Assembly: GCF_004010195.1 (NCBI RefSeq)
Contig: NC_057719.1
Location: 18,497,159-18,561,158, forward strand
Length of the DNA stretch: 64,000 nucleotides
Reading direction: 5' to 3'
Origin: Chiloscyllium plagiosum
Lineage: Eukaryota
How positions within the stretch are numbered: the stretch's first letter is position 1; the number at the start of each line of letters is the position of its first letter. The notes under the pieces are model-generated. The model was not told the origin of the DNA. It was given only the letters and a program-made list of their open reading frames with translations, and made no database searches. Position numbers and translations under genes: made by a program. This document shows, one piece after another, positions 12,966 through 25,677 of the stretch.

Positions 12966-13497
12966 CAGTAATATATCCACTATTATATGACACCTGTTAA
13001 ATAATAATTAATTGGCATCAGGTTGAGTGTGAAACATAGTTAGTTGACAATCTGGGACAAGCATATTAATGGTGAATAAATAATGTAAAGACCTTTTTTA
13101 TTTTTCTGTACTTTTGATCATGGATTGAAATGGAAATAAAGGAGGGTTTTTTGTTAAAAAAAATTTTGAGGGATGCTGCATTTTGTGATGCAAGTAATTA
13201 GACACTCATTGTAAATGTTGTTTACACAGCTGTCTATTCAACCATAGTTGAAGTGTCGTTTGCACAGGAGGGGTGTCTACAAAAAGAGATCCAGCTGATA
13301 ACAAGCAGTGATTAGTTACTGCTGACAAAGGCCTTCTGACTGCCAACAATTATCTGACTCCAAGTTAGGTAGCCGGGGGTATGAACAAGGTGGTGAGATG
13401 CCATCAGATCTCTTCAGGCTCTGGAGTTGTCTCTATTCTCTTCAGTAAGAAAAAGACTTTAAGCCTGAAGAAAAGCAAGGCATTTTTCTTTCAGTAG

Positions 13498-13617
13498 AGC
13501 TTTTGCCTGAAACGTCGATTTTCCTGCTCCTCGGATGCTGCCTGACCTGCTGTGCTTTTCCAGCACTACTCTAATCCAGACTCGGGTTTCCAGCATCTGC
13601 AGTCCTCGTTTTTACCT
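13498..13617 (+). mobile_element. 120-bp solo Penelope 3' end (family A variant), truncated inside the hammerhead
   Basis: Begins gcttttgcctGAAACGTC and ends ccagcatctgcagtcctcgtttttacct. Flanked by the 16-bp direct repeat atttttctttcagtag (13482-13497, 13618-13633). Confidence 0.9.
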
Positions 13618-16600
13618 ATTTTTCTTTCAGTAGTTGTGAGTTTCAATTAATAAGCCTGAGACTTCTTTAAGTTTGAATCAGTCATCCTGTGCCTCTTGCA
13701 AGCCAGTGAAAACATCCAGTGAAGGAAGCTCGATAAGCAGCATTGGTATTACAACAAGAATCATCTCAGCAAATCATGTGAACAGGGACGACTGGACTAC
13801 TTTCCCATTCTTTCTTTTTGCCCAAAACATCCATTTTTTTTCCCTCTATTTCCCTCTGTATATGCGAATGCGGAGGATTTATAAGGCTGTTAGAGGTTTA
13901 ACCAGTAGAGTTGTATGTTAACAGTATATAATTGTTTACCTGTGGTTAGAGTCTATTTGCTTGTCATAAGTAATCATTTTTTGTAAGGTGCAATCTTATG
14001 AAGTACAAAAGCCTTCTCTGTGCTTCCTGTTAACCTGGATCTGACAGACAAGTAAATTCTGCATTTTTTTCCAAATATTTAACTTTTGCGAAACTCCAGG
14101 AATAGCGGGGCTTGGTTTTCAGTGTTCTACCTGAGTGAGGTAACAATACGCATGACAGGAAATGGAAACTGGTAATTTACAATAACTCCAGAATAAATTG
14201 CATTCCAAACTAGGCAACTTCCATTCTAAACTTCCATTTGTGCCTACTCATGATAGAAGCACAAATTAAACATCAGTAAATTAGAAAATTAATAAGAGGG
14301 TATGTTGGAAAGTAGAAGGTTGTAGTAGGCTTAGTTAATGGAAATTTACATGCAGTTTTAACAGGTAGCACTGGAAATCTGTGCACTCAGAAGGCTACCA
14401 TGAACCAGCAAGTCAGAAAATCCTCGTCACAAAGTAATTCTTATCTCCAAACCATATAGTCATTGCTGAGAATTACGCTACATGATTCTGGTAAACTACT
14501 GAACATAAACCAGACTTGTACACTTCGCACACAGAATATAAAAGTGATAATGGACTTACATGGTCAGGCCTGCTGCATCACACATGAATACAAAGTTTAT
14601 CTACAATGTCAGCTGGCTATTCCTGATTGGAAGACTGCCTCCCACCACATGTACAGGATATAATTCAGATGTTCATTATTGAAAATAATACAAATGCAAC
14701 ATAATTTTGTATCTCAACTTCACAGAATATATAATCTATGAACTGCTACAACATATTTTCTGAAATTATCTGCTATCAATCTTATTATGGCAATTAAAAA
14801 GTTAACTCTTACTTATGCATTAAAAGATATAAAGACTACTTTACATGAAATTTCACTGTTCTTAATATAATAAATAAGAATATCAGGTACCTTTCAGTTA
14901 CTACAAGGCAATAATGCGGTGTGACAATGTGGAACTTGAATGTTACAGCAAGGACATTGTGGGTTGCAGTTTATCAAATTAACTGTACCCCGTGATTGGG
15001 GTGATGTCTTACAATTCATTGAGTGGCATCCAGTAACCTCATTGTAATTGCTCGCAGGTATGCATTGTCTCCTAAACAATACTTCCTGTCTGTATTACAG
15101 TGACACCAGGAGATAAATAATTAGAGAGGGCGGGGGGATGGGAAGTTAGATGAGACAGAATATATTGCAGTAAGATAGGACCATAAAATAAATTAAAGAT
15201 TACAAACTCCATTGAAACTAGCTGTTATTGAAATGATACAAAGAAATGGCAGCAAACTGCAGATCCATATGTAGAGTGAAGGAATAGAAATCAGGACCGA
15301 GCAGATTTAGGTGCCTACTTGTAAATAAAAGCAATGTAGAACGGTTGCTGATGAATCATTCAAGACCTTCTGTATTTACTGAGCTGTAATAGCATTCATC
15401 ATTCTTGCTGGAGTCAAGCATGTTGAGTAGCCTTTCATCTCCCTTTGAATGAACACTAATACCCTCTCCTTCCACCAGCTTCTCCATCGAGCAGATTTCC
15501 ACTTAATCAAACTAACGGCACCATTGTCCGACACAAATGAGTGCGAAAGAAAACCACACAGACTCAAGTCTTTTCGTTACTACTATCCCCCCCACCCCCC
15601 TTCTTCTTCTTCATCATCATCTCCCCTTAATTGTTTTCACCTCTGAGGGATTAGTTTGGCCAGAGAGAGAGACGTCTCCAGCTCTGGGCCTTTTTGACAT
15701 GTATTGCGAGGCTGCAAGTGAGCAAGCAGGGGCTGAGTTCTGACAAATTTGCATCTCTTTGAATGTGACGCTTGAGAAGCCGAGCCGTTAGATTAAATTT
15801 TGCCTGCTGGAAAATGAGCAAGCCGCTATCGTAGGTCTACTGGGAAGATCTTTATTCAGATTCTTGTTAGACTTGTTTATCAAGCTGACAGACTAGTCTT
15901 CTATGAGATAAAGGGCTTCTCCATCACTGGCCCTGACAGTGGTAAGACATGCAGGGAAATGAAAGAAGCAGGGAAAATATTATTAATAGATGCTGAGTTG
16001 ATTTTCTTCTATGGCACGTCAAGAAGGAGCTGAGGCTTGATTGCAGCCTATGAAGTTCTGTCCAAAAAGAAGCTATTTTTCATTAAGTGATAGAAGGTCT
16101 TTCATGTTCTTGCTGAGTAGCTGAGATAAGTAATGCAGTCCTTTTTTTTAAAGCCCACTGATTTCCTATCAGTAAAGTACTGAAAAGGTGGGACACATCT
16201 TTCCTTCTCCAAGCCGCGGTAACCCCTTTGCCAATAATTTATTTGCTCATTCCAGGTCAGTTTTGTATATTCAAAAAAAAAGCAACCTGCTATTTTGCTC
16301 ATCTCTCAGTCTATGCAGGCTGATTTCAAAGTCAGACTGTCTGTAAATACATTACTGAGATAAAATGTTGGTAGCAAGTATAAGAAAAATTATTTAATAA
16401 ATTTCAGAGAGAAATATAAACAGCGGACAATGTTCCTTTACTCATCTCAGTCAGAGAAAGAAAGGTTTGAATACTCACTGAAGATTAATGCATCATTACT
16501 GGATATGTACCAGTACTGCGTGTAATTTTAATCAAAATATGCTGGGGTTATAATATCAGTTTTGTTCCAGTGCTGGTCTTAAGTTTGAATTACAGGGCAT

Positions 16601-16842
16601 TTGGCAGTACAAGTACTTTACATACTATTATGTGTTATAAACAGTCAAAATAGAGAGTTCTAGTGTAGTATAGATATGAAGTTCAATATCACAAGTTAGA
16701 AATCATTACAAAAATAATGCACATGTATAACCAGTTTAAAACAATGAAGGTGCTCTGATTAATCTGTTATTAGGTACAAAACAGTACAGATAATAAATGG
16801 GAGGTTACTAATATGAAAGTGCGCCAGGATTGTGTGTAAGTT

Positions 16843-17556
16843 TAGAATCATAAAGTGATGCAGTGCAGAAATAGGCCATTCAGCCATTGTGCCTGTGCTA
16901 GCTTTTCAGATATCCAACTAGTTCCATTGCTGTTCTCTTTCCCCTGACCTTTTATAAATCTTTCCTCTTCCAATTTTTAATCAATTGACTTTACAAATGT
17001 ATTATTCAATATTCTTCTACCATTCTTTCAGGCATTACCTGACAGATCATAATGTTTCATTGTTTAAATCATTTTTCCTTGCATTGTCATAGAGATGCAC
17101 AGCACGGAAACAGACCTTCTGGTCTGACTTGTCTATGTCAACCAGATATCCGAACCTAATCTAATCCCATTTGCCAGCACTTGGTCCATATCCCTCCAAA
17201 TCCTTCCTATTTATATACCCATGCAGATGCCTTTTAAATGTTGTAATTGTAATAGCCTCCACCACTTTCCTCTGGCAGCTCATTCCGTATACGTACAACC
17301 CTCTGCGTGAAAAAGTTGCCCCTTAGGTCTCTTTTATATCTTTCTTCCCTCACCCTAAACTCATGCCCTCTAGTTCTGGACTCTCCCCCCACTGCTCCCA
17401 GGGAAAAGACGTTGTCTATTTATCCTATCCGTGTCCCTCATAATTGTATAGACCTCCAAAAGGTCACTCCTCAGCCTCTGATGCTCCAGAGAAAACAGCT
17501 CCAGCCTATTTAGCATTTCCCTCTTGCTCAAATCCTCCGAACGTGGCAACATCCTT
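16843..17556 (-). mobile_element. Two adjacent CR1 3' fragments (older about 16843-17080, younger 17086-17556)
   Basis: ORF 17370-17567 gives LNRLELFSLEHQRLRSDL; tails match the CR1 copies at 5627 and 29171. Confidence 0.85.
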
Positions 17557-19294
17557 GTCTTTGGCACTTTTGCAGCGATCTTAAACCTTTTTCATTGATT
17601 TTTCCACTACTTAGAAACATTTTATCCTTATTTACTCTATCAAATTGTTACTCTTCCAAATTTGAACATCTCTATCAAACCTTCTTGTTTAACCTCCTCA
17701 CTGGGAACAAGTACAAACCCATTTCTCTGGTCGTGCATGAGCCGAGTTTATGGAAAATGGAGAGCATGTGTTGGTAAGAGAAAGTGGAGTTGATAAAGGC
17801 CTGAATAAGCCTATTTGAAGCAGTTGGATTGATCAATGGCATGTGGATAATGTTACAGATGTGAAAATAGGCATCTTTGTGATGGAGCAGATATGAGGTC
17901 TGAAGCTCACTTTGAAGTCAAACAGAACAGCAAGCTTTCAAACAATCGAGTTAAACCAGAGGCAATGGAGAAGTGTTGAAGAAGGGTGGTTTAATTAACT
18001 ACACCACAGGTCCCTCTAAACAAAAAGTGAATAAAAACTCATGTACTACTAACAAGTCATTGGCCTGTCTCCAATCTCTGAAATGCCTTTCCTAACCTTC
18101 CCTGCCTCTCTCCACCAAATTCAAAAGCCCCATGAAAATATACATCTTAAAGCATGCCTTTGGTCACCTCCAGTACCTCAGCTTCCAGGTCCTGCTCAGT
18201 GCCTGTTATTGCTATATTAAATGGACACTGTATGAGCTCGTTGCTATTGCTAAATTACTATCAGGGCAAGATCGTTCTGTAGCACAAAATGTTAGAGAGA
18301 TGCTTTAAAGTAATGCTGCTGTCACAAAAATACTATTCATGATACATCTGAGAAAAACCTGTCAGAAAGATAAAAAGCCACCATTAAACAACTCACTCTT
18401 TAAAGGGACAAATTAATCCTGATCAGTCCACTCATTGTCATTAAATTTGCTGCGAGAATTTTGGAGATGTTCCCTTAAACGTCATGCAGAAGATGAAAAG
18501 CTGAATTCCTTTGGGACAGGCATTTTTTTTCATCATTATAGGAAATGTTATAACCATGAAATGCTCCATTTACTGATAATGCACCATTTTTACCTATTTT
18601 GCATAAATGCACTTTTAACAAATTGTCCAAACTGCAAAGAGGAATGTGAGTCACACTTTCTCTACAATTGTTTTGTCGAGGGAATTCAACCTGCCATGAT
18701 GTGAACGTGAAAGCTTTAACTGAAGCTCTGAAAGTTACTTTGTGAGGGCAAGCTCCACCCTAATTACTGTCGACCTATTCTCAATGCTATTGACGAACTG
18801 ATTGATTAACCACACTTACTTAAACACTATGGAGCTGATTTTAAGCCTGGGTGAGTTTGGATAGGCAGGAATGTGGTGAGCATGGAACATTTTTTGTGAC
18901 AGAAAATTCTAGGTCTGGGGTCTTTAACTCCAAGCTGTTGCAGAAAGGGAAGTGTGCACCCTTTGTTAGAGTTATTTGCAATGGCCCTCCAGAGGCATTC
19001 CTAATCTTAAAGGGACATTCTACTATCTTTAGCCTGGCAACCTATTACTGACCTGAAGTCAGTCTGTGAAAACAGCATGAATGGTTTAAACCAATAACCT
19101 GCCTTGTCAGATAAGGTTTCCTATTTAGCCAATTAAAATTAAGTCAAAATACTTAAGTCTTCATATAATCCATTAACAGAATGGGCGCCCCAATCTACTT
19201 CTATTTGATGCACACACCAAATCAATTCAAAATTGGATATATTTCCAGTGGAGAACTGAAATTGGTTAAGTGATGAATCTCTTGTTTATGTAAA

Positions 19295-19383
19295 GTCATA
19301 GAGATGTACATCACGGACACAGACCCTTTGGTCCAACCTGTCCATGCCGACCAGATTCCTAACCTAATCTAGACCCATTTGCT
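19295..19383 (-). mobile_element. Short CR1 3' tail
   Basis: gtcatagagatgtaca...cagaccctttggtccaacctgtccatgccgaccag matches the tail at 29183. Confidence 0.85.
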
Positions 19384-20368
19384 TCAGTCTTTCCTCGAAC
19401 TGTTTGCTAAGAAAGCACGTCTTCTATGTTCTTCCACCTAGTCTATAGATCTTTGCATTTTCTCAGTTAGAATTTTCCATATATGAAAATTTGGTCTGGT
19501 CCTTTTGAAGTTTCTTGTAATTGCTACATGAACTCTGCTAATCTGTGTCGCTCAACCAGTTCTCATCACATTTCTGAATCCATAACAGATCTCTGAGCTT
19601 TCTGCTTACTGTATGAAGTTTACTGATCATGCCTCTCCATGAATTTGATATCTACTTTCATGTTTAACCCAGGATACTCACAGCTTTAGGCCTGTATGGC
19701 AGCCTTTAAAGCTGGACTTTGTCAGTGATGTTCCAAAAGTCTGCATTTGATCTTCGGACTTTAGGTCTATTATACAATAACCCTTCAATGTGCCACTTCT
19801 CAATAAAAAGTCAAGGAACATTATTGGGCATTATGCAGTCCTTTTAAGCAGCTATGTTGGCTACTTAACAGGTTTAATTTCTATTTATTTACACATATAG
19901 CTCTCAAGATTTGTTATACAGTTCAGTTTTATCAGTCACTGACACAAGACTAATTGCTATGCCCTGGGCCGGATTTTTGCTCCCAAGTTTGGAGACTTGA
20001 GAGAACGTCCCAATCCGCCAGATCTTTTGTTTCTGTGTGTAGGGATTGCAGGAAAGTGCTAACCGGAACCAAGCCTGATAGGAACAGTTCAGAGATAGCC
20101 ACAAGGACTGCTGGCTGCCAAAGTGAACTGTCCTAGGGAGCCATCTTGGTGCTCTGGATGGGGTTTATACACCTTTATGTCTCCTCCACCCAGCACACTT
20201 GGCTCTTTGTGAACTCCATTCCAAACTATGCTCCTCTCTCCAACTCCATTGCTCCTTATTTCCTTCAGGTCAACTAATGCCACCTCACACAACTCAATAG
20301 CATTCTATAGCCCTGAAGCCACCTTAGCACCAACTCATGCTAATTCATGACCCTAATTCACAGAGTTA

Positions 20369-20707
20369 TCATAGAATCCCTACAGTGTGGAAGCAGGCTG
20401 TTCAGGCCATCACGTCCATACTGACCCTCTGAAGAGCATCCCATCTTGACCCAGCCCCCCACCCTATCCCTGTAACCTTGCATTTCCCACAGATAATCCA
20501 CCTAGCCTGCATATCTTTGGACGCTGTGGGTAATTTAGCATGGCCAATACATCTAACCTGCACAGTTTTGGACTGTGGGAGGACACTGGAGCACCTGAAA
20601 GAAACCCATGCAGACATGGCAAGAATGTGCATACTCCACCTGTGGGTAGAATCGAACCTGAGTACCTAGTGCTGTGAGGCAGCAGTGCTAACCATTGAGC
20701 CTGCCCC
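20369..20707 (-). mobile_element. HE1-type (V-SINE) tRNA-derived SINE
   Basis: rc contains tggttagcactgctgcctcacagc, a B box, the central domain (ctcccacagtccaaa...ttggccatgctaaatt) and a CR1-like tail. Confidence 0.9.
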
Positions 20708-21668
20708 GTTACCCCATTTGTATCCCTTTTGCAAAAATAGTTTCAACTCAAGCAGTCCCATGGTTCCCCAATCAACAACATTTGTCCTTCCATCCTCTAT
20801 GCCAACTCACCCAACATGTACCATGAACAGATCTAGAGACCACAATGAGATGAAATAAGCTGCTAAATGTTGATTGCTGACTAAACTCTAATTAGAAAGC
20901 ATTCTCATTCATCAAATTCAAATTCTTTGACTTATTTAATTCATTTTGAAAAACAAATATTTCTACCGAGTACTTAATCCCTTATAAAAACACACACTTG
21001 TATTCCAGCCCCACATTAAAGGCAATTAAGCTTTTTATAACCACCTGGAGTTGTCAATCAAATTGTGATACTACATGCTGTTCACCCATCACTGTGATAA
21101 TGCTAGCTTATAGAAACAGCCATATAGGAATAAATCTATAATGATAGCCCTCATGTTCCAACAATGATACAGCAAGTACAAAGTATCTTCTCTATTGCAG
21201 GGCTGGATTAATTTTTCAAAAATAAAAATAAAGGGACTGGGAATTAAATGACTACAAAATGTACCTGACCTCCTCCAAAGAGGTACCTCTCCACTTCGAA
21301 TATCTTTAGACATTTTCATCAAAAATCTAAAGTCCTTCTGGCTTTTTGGAAATTCAGGTCATTGAATGTTTATAACTGAGTAGGACTTCTCTTGTATTCA
21401 GTGGTATCTATCAGCCCTTTACAGAGTTCATTGTTAATCTCACTAATACTACATGCTTCATGACCAAGCAGGACTAACTGTTCATCAAAGGCCTTTTGGT
21501 TTGCTTGCCTGGGCAAAGACAGAAGTCAGTTTGCCAAAAACTAAGGTTCACTTCCTCTTTGTGAAATAATCAACTGTGATTGTGTGAAAAGGGAAAGGGC
21601 AGATTTTGGTTAAGATTGAGGTGGACTCACTGATAGAAACTCGTAGAGGTTTTTTGTTATTTTCGTGT

Positions 21669-21897
21669 TAGACCGTAAGACCATAGGACCATAAGACATA
21701 GGAATGGAAGTAAGGCCATTTGGCCCATCCAGTCCACTCAGCCATTCAATCATGGCTGATACGCATTTGAACTCCACTTACCCGCACTCTCCCCGTAGCC
21801 CTTAATTCCTTGCGAGATCAAGAATTTATCAATCTCTGCTTTGAAGACATTAAATGTCCTGGCCTCCACTGCGCTCCAGGGCAATGAATTCCACAGG
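21669..21897 (-). mobile_element. CR1 3' fragment ((accataag)n-tail subfamily)
   Basis: Near-identical to 44813-45030; rc gives LWNSLP...FKAEIDKFL. Confidence 0.85.
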
Positions 21898-22119
21898 TGC
21901 TGAGCTCCTTGAAGAGATTAGTGATTGATGAACTGGAGATCTCAGAAGTATTGGATACTTCTGAGAATTTGAATGATTTTATGCATGGGGACAAGGAGAA
22001 TAGGGGATGTGGGGTGCTAGGCCAGGGGAGAAAAAGAAATAAATATGCAGGGAGTCAATGAGGCACATACTTAACGTGAGCACACTTAGTCTTCTAAGTG
22101 CGACTCCTTTATCTTTCAT

Positions 22120-22245
22120 TCTGAAGAAGATTTGCTGGACCTAAAATGTTAACTACGCTTTCTCCCCACAGATGCTGCTGAGTTTTTGAGAAATTTCTAG
22201 TTTTTTTTTCCCTGGTTTCCAGCATCTGCAATTCATTGTTTCTTT
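22120..22245 (+). mobile_element. Decayed Penelope-derived 3' end (family C)
   Basis: ctgaaga...aaaatgttaac...cacagatgctgc...ttccagcatctgca: a degenerate hammerhead plus the PLE tail motif. Confidence 0.6.
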
Positions 22246-22661
22246 TTCCTTACTGCTTTATGTTAGGTGCTATTAGCTCCATGTCTCTGGGATTCACAAT
22301 TTAATCGCTGTTTACTGTTTAATTGTTCAGATGCATGTTCAAGATCCTGTGGCAGTTTCCAAATAAGAGCAGGGAATTCTGCTAGTACCTTGATTAACAT
22401 TTCTCTACTAAACAAACATAACAAATGCATCTTCGCTGCTGTTTTGGGGACATTAGTTTAAAAGGATGGCTCACATGTGAGACTTACCATATTCCTAAAG
22501 AAGGTTAATTGATTGTCTGAAATGTTTTGAAACATAATATGCTATACAGTCTAAATTTGTAATTATCATTGCTTATTATTTTCTCATCAGGTAAGCATAT
22601 AAAGATATCAACATTTGCAGCACAATTAATCTTTTATTGTTGCAGACTCCACAATATCCTT

Positions 22662-22890
22662 GTAACAAAAACAGAAATATGCTGGAGAAACTCAGCAGGT
22701 CTGGCAAGATCTGTGCAGAGAAAATACTCATTTTTTCAGATCCAGCGACCCTTTTTCAGAACCGATGAAGGGTCACCAGACTTAAAATGTTGACATTGCT
22801 TCTTCTCCTTAGATACTGACTGACCTGTTGAGTTTCTCCAGCAATTTCTGGTTTTATTTCAGATTTCCAGCATTCACAGATCCTTCTTTT
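22662..22890. mobile_element. Decayed Penelope-derived palindromic insertion (family C)
   Basis: Arms tgctggagaaactcagcaggtc / gacctgttgagtttctccagca; central gaccctt / ccgatgaagggtc hammerhead remnants; tail ttccagcatt. Confidence 0.8.
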
Positions 22891-25196
22891 ATTTGATATC
22901 GGAGGGTTGACAACCCTTGACAACCACAGGACGGTACAGGAAAGGGCATTGGTGTTCTCACCTCCACATTTGCAACTTGTGACTTAGCAAATCATTATCA
23001 ATTTAATAAAACTATACATGCCAAGATGCTGTGATCAATGCACACCATAGCTTATTGAGGGGAGTATCATTGAGAGGCATTTCCCCTTTCAGGAGACTGC
23101 AAGGTTAAAATGAAACTGTTTATGAATGGACATGTGGAAATGGGGATGGGCATTGTGGGTGGTATGGTGGCAGTTTTGTTTTTGTCCAGATGCCTGTGAG
23201 TTCATCTATATTTGCTGGCACTTTACAATCTTGGCCCTCACCCCCCCCCCCCCAATCTACAACTGAAAGAACAGCTTCTCCAAACAAAGCCAATTAAGGG
23301 TTAACCCTTTTACTGGGTCATATCACTTCTGGGCCGACGTGAAGGCACAGAGCTGGCAGATTGGCTGTTTTCTAATACATGAAACTGACACTTTCCATCA
23401 CTGAGGGAGATAGAGACACTGCAGGTGTGCTAGGCTGAACTCACACAGTGCCCCAGTGGAGAAATAACACTATGATAATTCATGCTAACATCTCACAGCA
23501 CAGGTTGACTCAAGGAGTTTTTTTTTTCTCTCTGGCGAGTGTCTCATGCTGTTTTCTCTGATTCCTGCTTCCTCGTTAACCCGAGCCTGGTCCATGCAAC
23601 ATCTGCGGGATCTGTACTATTAGCTTACACAGATTGAGGTGCCAGCCTAGGGATTTGGGGGCCAATAACATATGCAGATTGGGCCACGGAACAGCAAGGT
23701 AACTCGGTGGTTGGAGAGAGGGATAAAAAAAAGTGCTCTCTCATTTAGCTTCGGCCTACTACCTTCTGTTTGAATTCGATTAGATCTCAGAGCTATAAAG
23801 TCACAGGGTGGGGAGTTCTGTGTCATTACATTTCATGGCTCCTGTTTAAGGCCATTTGATTACAATATGGAAACACTTACAAGCAGCCGTTTGCAGATGT
23901 GTAAGGGAGCCTGCCGGCATTACGCTAAAATTGATTTGCTTAATATGGAACAAAACATTAACTTGTTCAGTGCCGAAATACCTTTCTTATTTGTGAGTGG
24001 GTTGGAGCAAGAAATAAATGTGATGGTAATTATTTTTAACAATCTTTAGCAAGACTTTCCTGGAAGCTACAGGGTGAGAAAATAATACTGCCTGGCCTGT
24101 CACACACTCCAAAGTAAATTTTACTCCTTTGTGCTCTGCTTTGTATCACTGCTTTCAATTGCAGTTGTGATTTTAAAATCTTCAGATGTATGTAGCTTTT
24201 CTAAATGTATGAAATGGCTGCCTGAATCATAGGCAAAAGTATTTTAAAATTCTAATTTTGCATTATTATATGTATCAAATATTCCTCTAAGGAAATTAAC
24301 TTTTATGAAGATGAGGTGATGATTGTAAACTGCTGGAGCTCATTTACGCCACCTCTCGATTGAATGGGTATCTTGTTATCCATTTCTAAGTAGCTGTTAT
24401 CCTCTGTGTGACTGCATGATGACTGTTGCATATAACAATAAGGTAAGCTTTCTGTCTGCCAAACATATTTCCATCATGCAGCATATGGTTTCACATTGTC
24501 TTAGGTTTCTGTCTTTGCTAGCCAAATGGAATAGACACAACAGAGTCAAGGGCACATACATAAGGCTTACATCTATGCTCCCATTAATTCATAGACATTT
24601 TAAGTTGCTAATGCCAGAAGATGGTGTTCTGATTTAGGATGTGTCAACTTGGAATGACCATTTGTATTTTCTTTAGAATGTGTATGGAATTTGCAATTTA
24701 TTTTAAGAATATTTGAAGGACTTTTATGGGATGGTGCTGATTATAACAGGAAAAGTCGTTATTTTCTTAGATAATAAGATACCAATGCATGTTACTTCAT
24801 GACCCTTGACCTGCAGACAGCGCCAACAGGAAGGAGATTAAGAATATATGGCTAAAACACGTGAAGCAAAGTTGCAAACGGACAGAGCTACAAAACTAAA
24901 GGGAGTGGAGGGAGAACACATATAAGTGCACAAAGAGAAAGCAGGCAAGAACAGAAAGAATAATGGAGAGATTGGTGTGAGGTAAAGAAGCAAAGGACTC
25001 TCAAGAAGAAAAGGAGACAGGATCACTTGGGGATACTATGCAAGCTGGTTAAAGAGGCTTAAAACCCGGAAAATCTTGTGATTATTTGGGAGACATTCAG
25101 GACCCAGGATTTAGCCCGACCAGATTTCTCTCTCTGAAGGAAATCAGAAGAGATTTAATGACAATCAACAATGGTTACAAAGTCACCACTATCCTA

Positions 25197-25322
25197 GAGT
25201 TACGATTAGGGTTAAGTTTAGGGTTAGGGTTAGGATTAAGGTTTGTGTAAGATTAGGGTTAGGGTTTGGGTAAGGGATGAGTTTAAAATTAGGGTTCGGG
25301 TAAGGGTTAGAGTTAGTGTTCA
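25197..25322 (+). repeat. Degenerate interstitial (TTAGGG)n-like tract
   Basis: About 20 hexamer-phase units, with several perfect TTAGGG and variants (ttagga, ttaagg, ttcggg, ttagag). Confidence 0.8.
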
Positions 25323-25500
25323 GATAAGGGCAAACGTTACATTGTTTTGAGCTAAGTGCAAGTTGCATTGTGTGTTTCAGAGGAATTCTTGCTACAAAGT
25401 CTCACGTGCTTTCTCACTTCATCTTATCAAACATGTTTTATTAACTGCTGGCCGCACTTCCATGGCATCCCTGACATCTGATTTTCGCCCCATCTTACAA

Positions 25501-25677
25501 CATTCTGGATTAGTGGTGTTGGAAAAGCACAGCAGTTCAGGCAGCATCCGAGGAGCAATAAAATCGACATTTCGGGCAAAAGCCCCTCATCAGGAATACA
25601 GCCAGAGAGCCTGTTTCCTGGAACAAATTCCCACTTCTGGAATATCACAGAATTAATCAGTGTCCCTTGCACCCGTG
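25501..25677 (-). mobile_element. Penelope-derived arm (25503-25597) plus about 80 nt of unassigned sequence
   Basis: rc hammerhead ctgatgaggggcttttgcccgaaatgtcg. The block is flanked by ccatcttacaa (25490-25500, 25678-25688). Confidence 0.75.
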
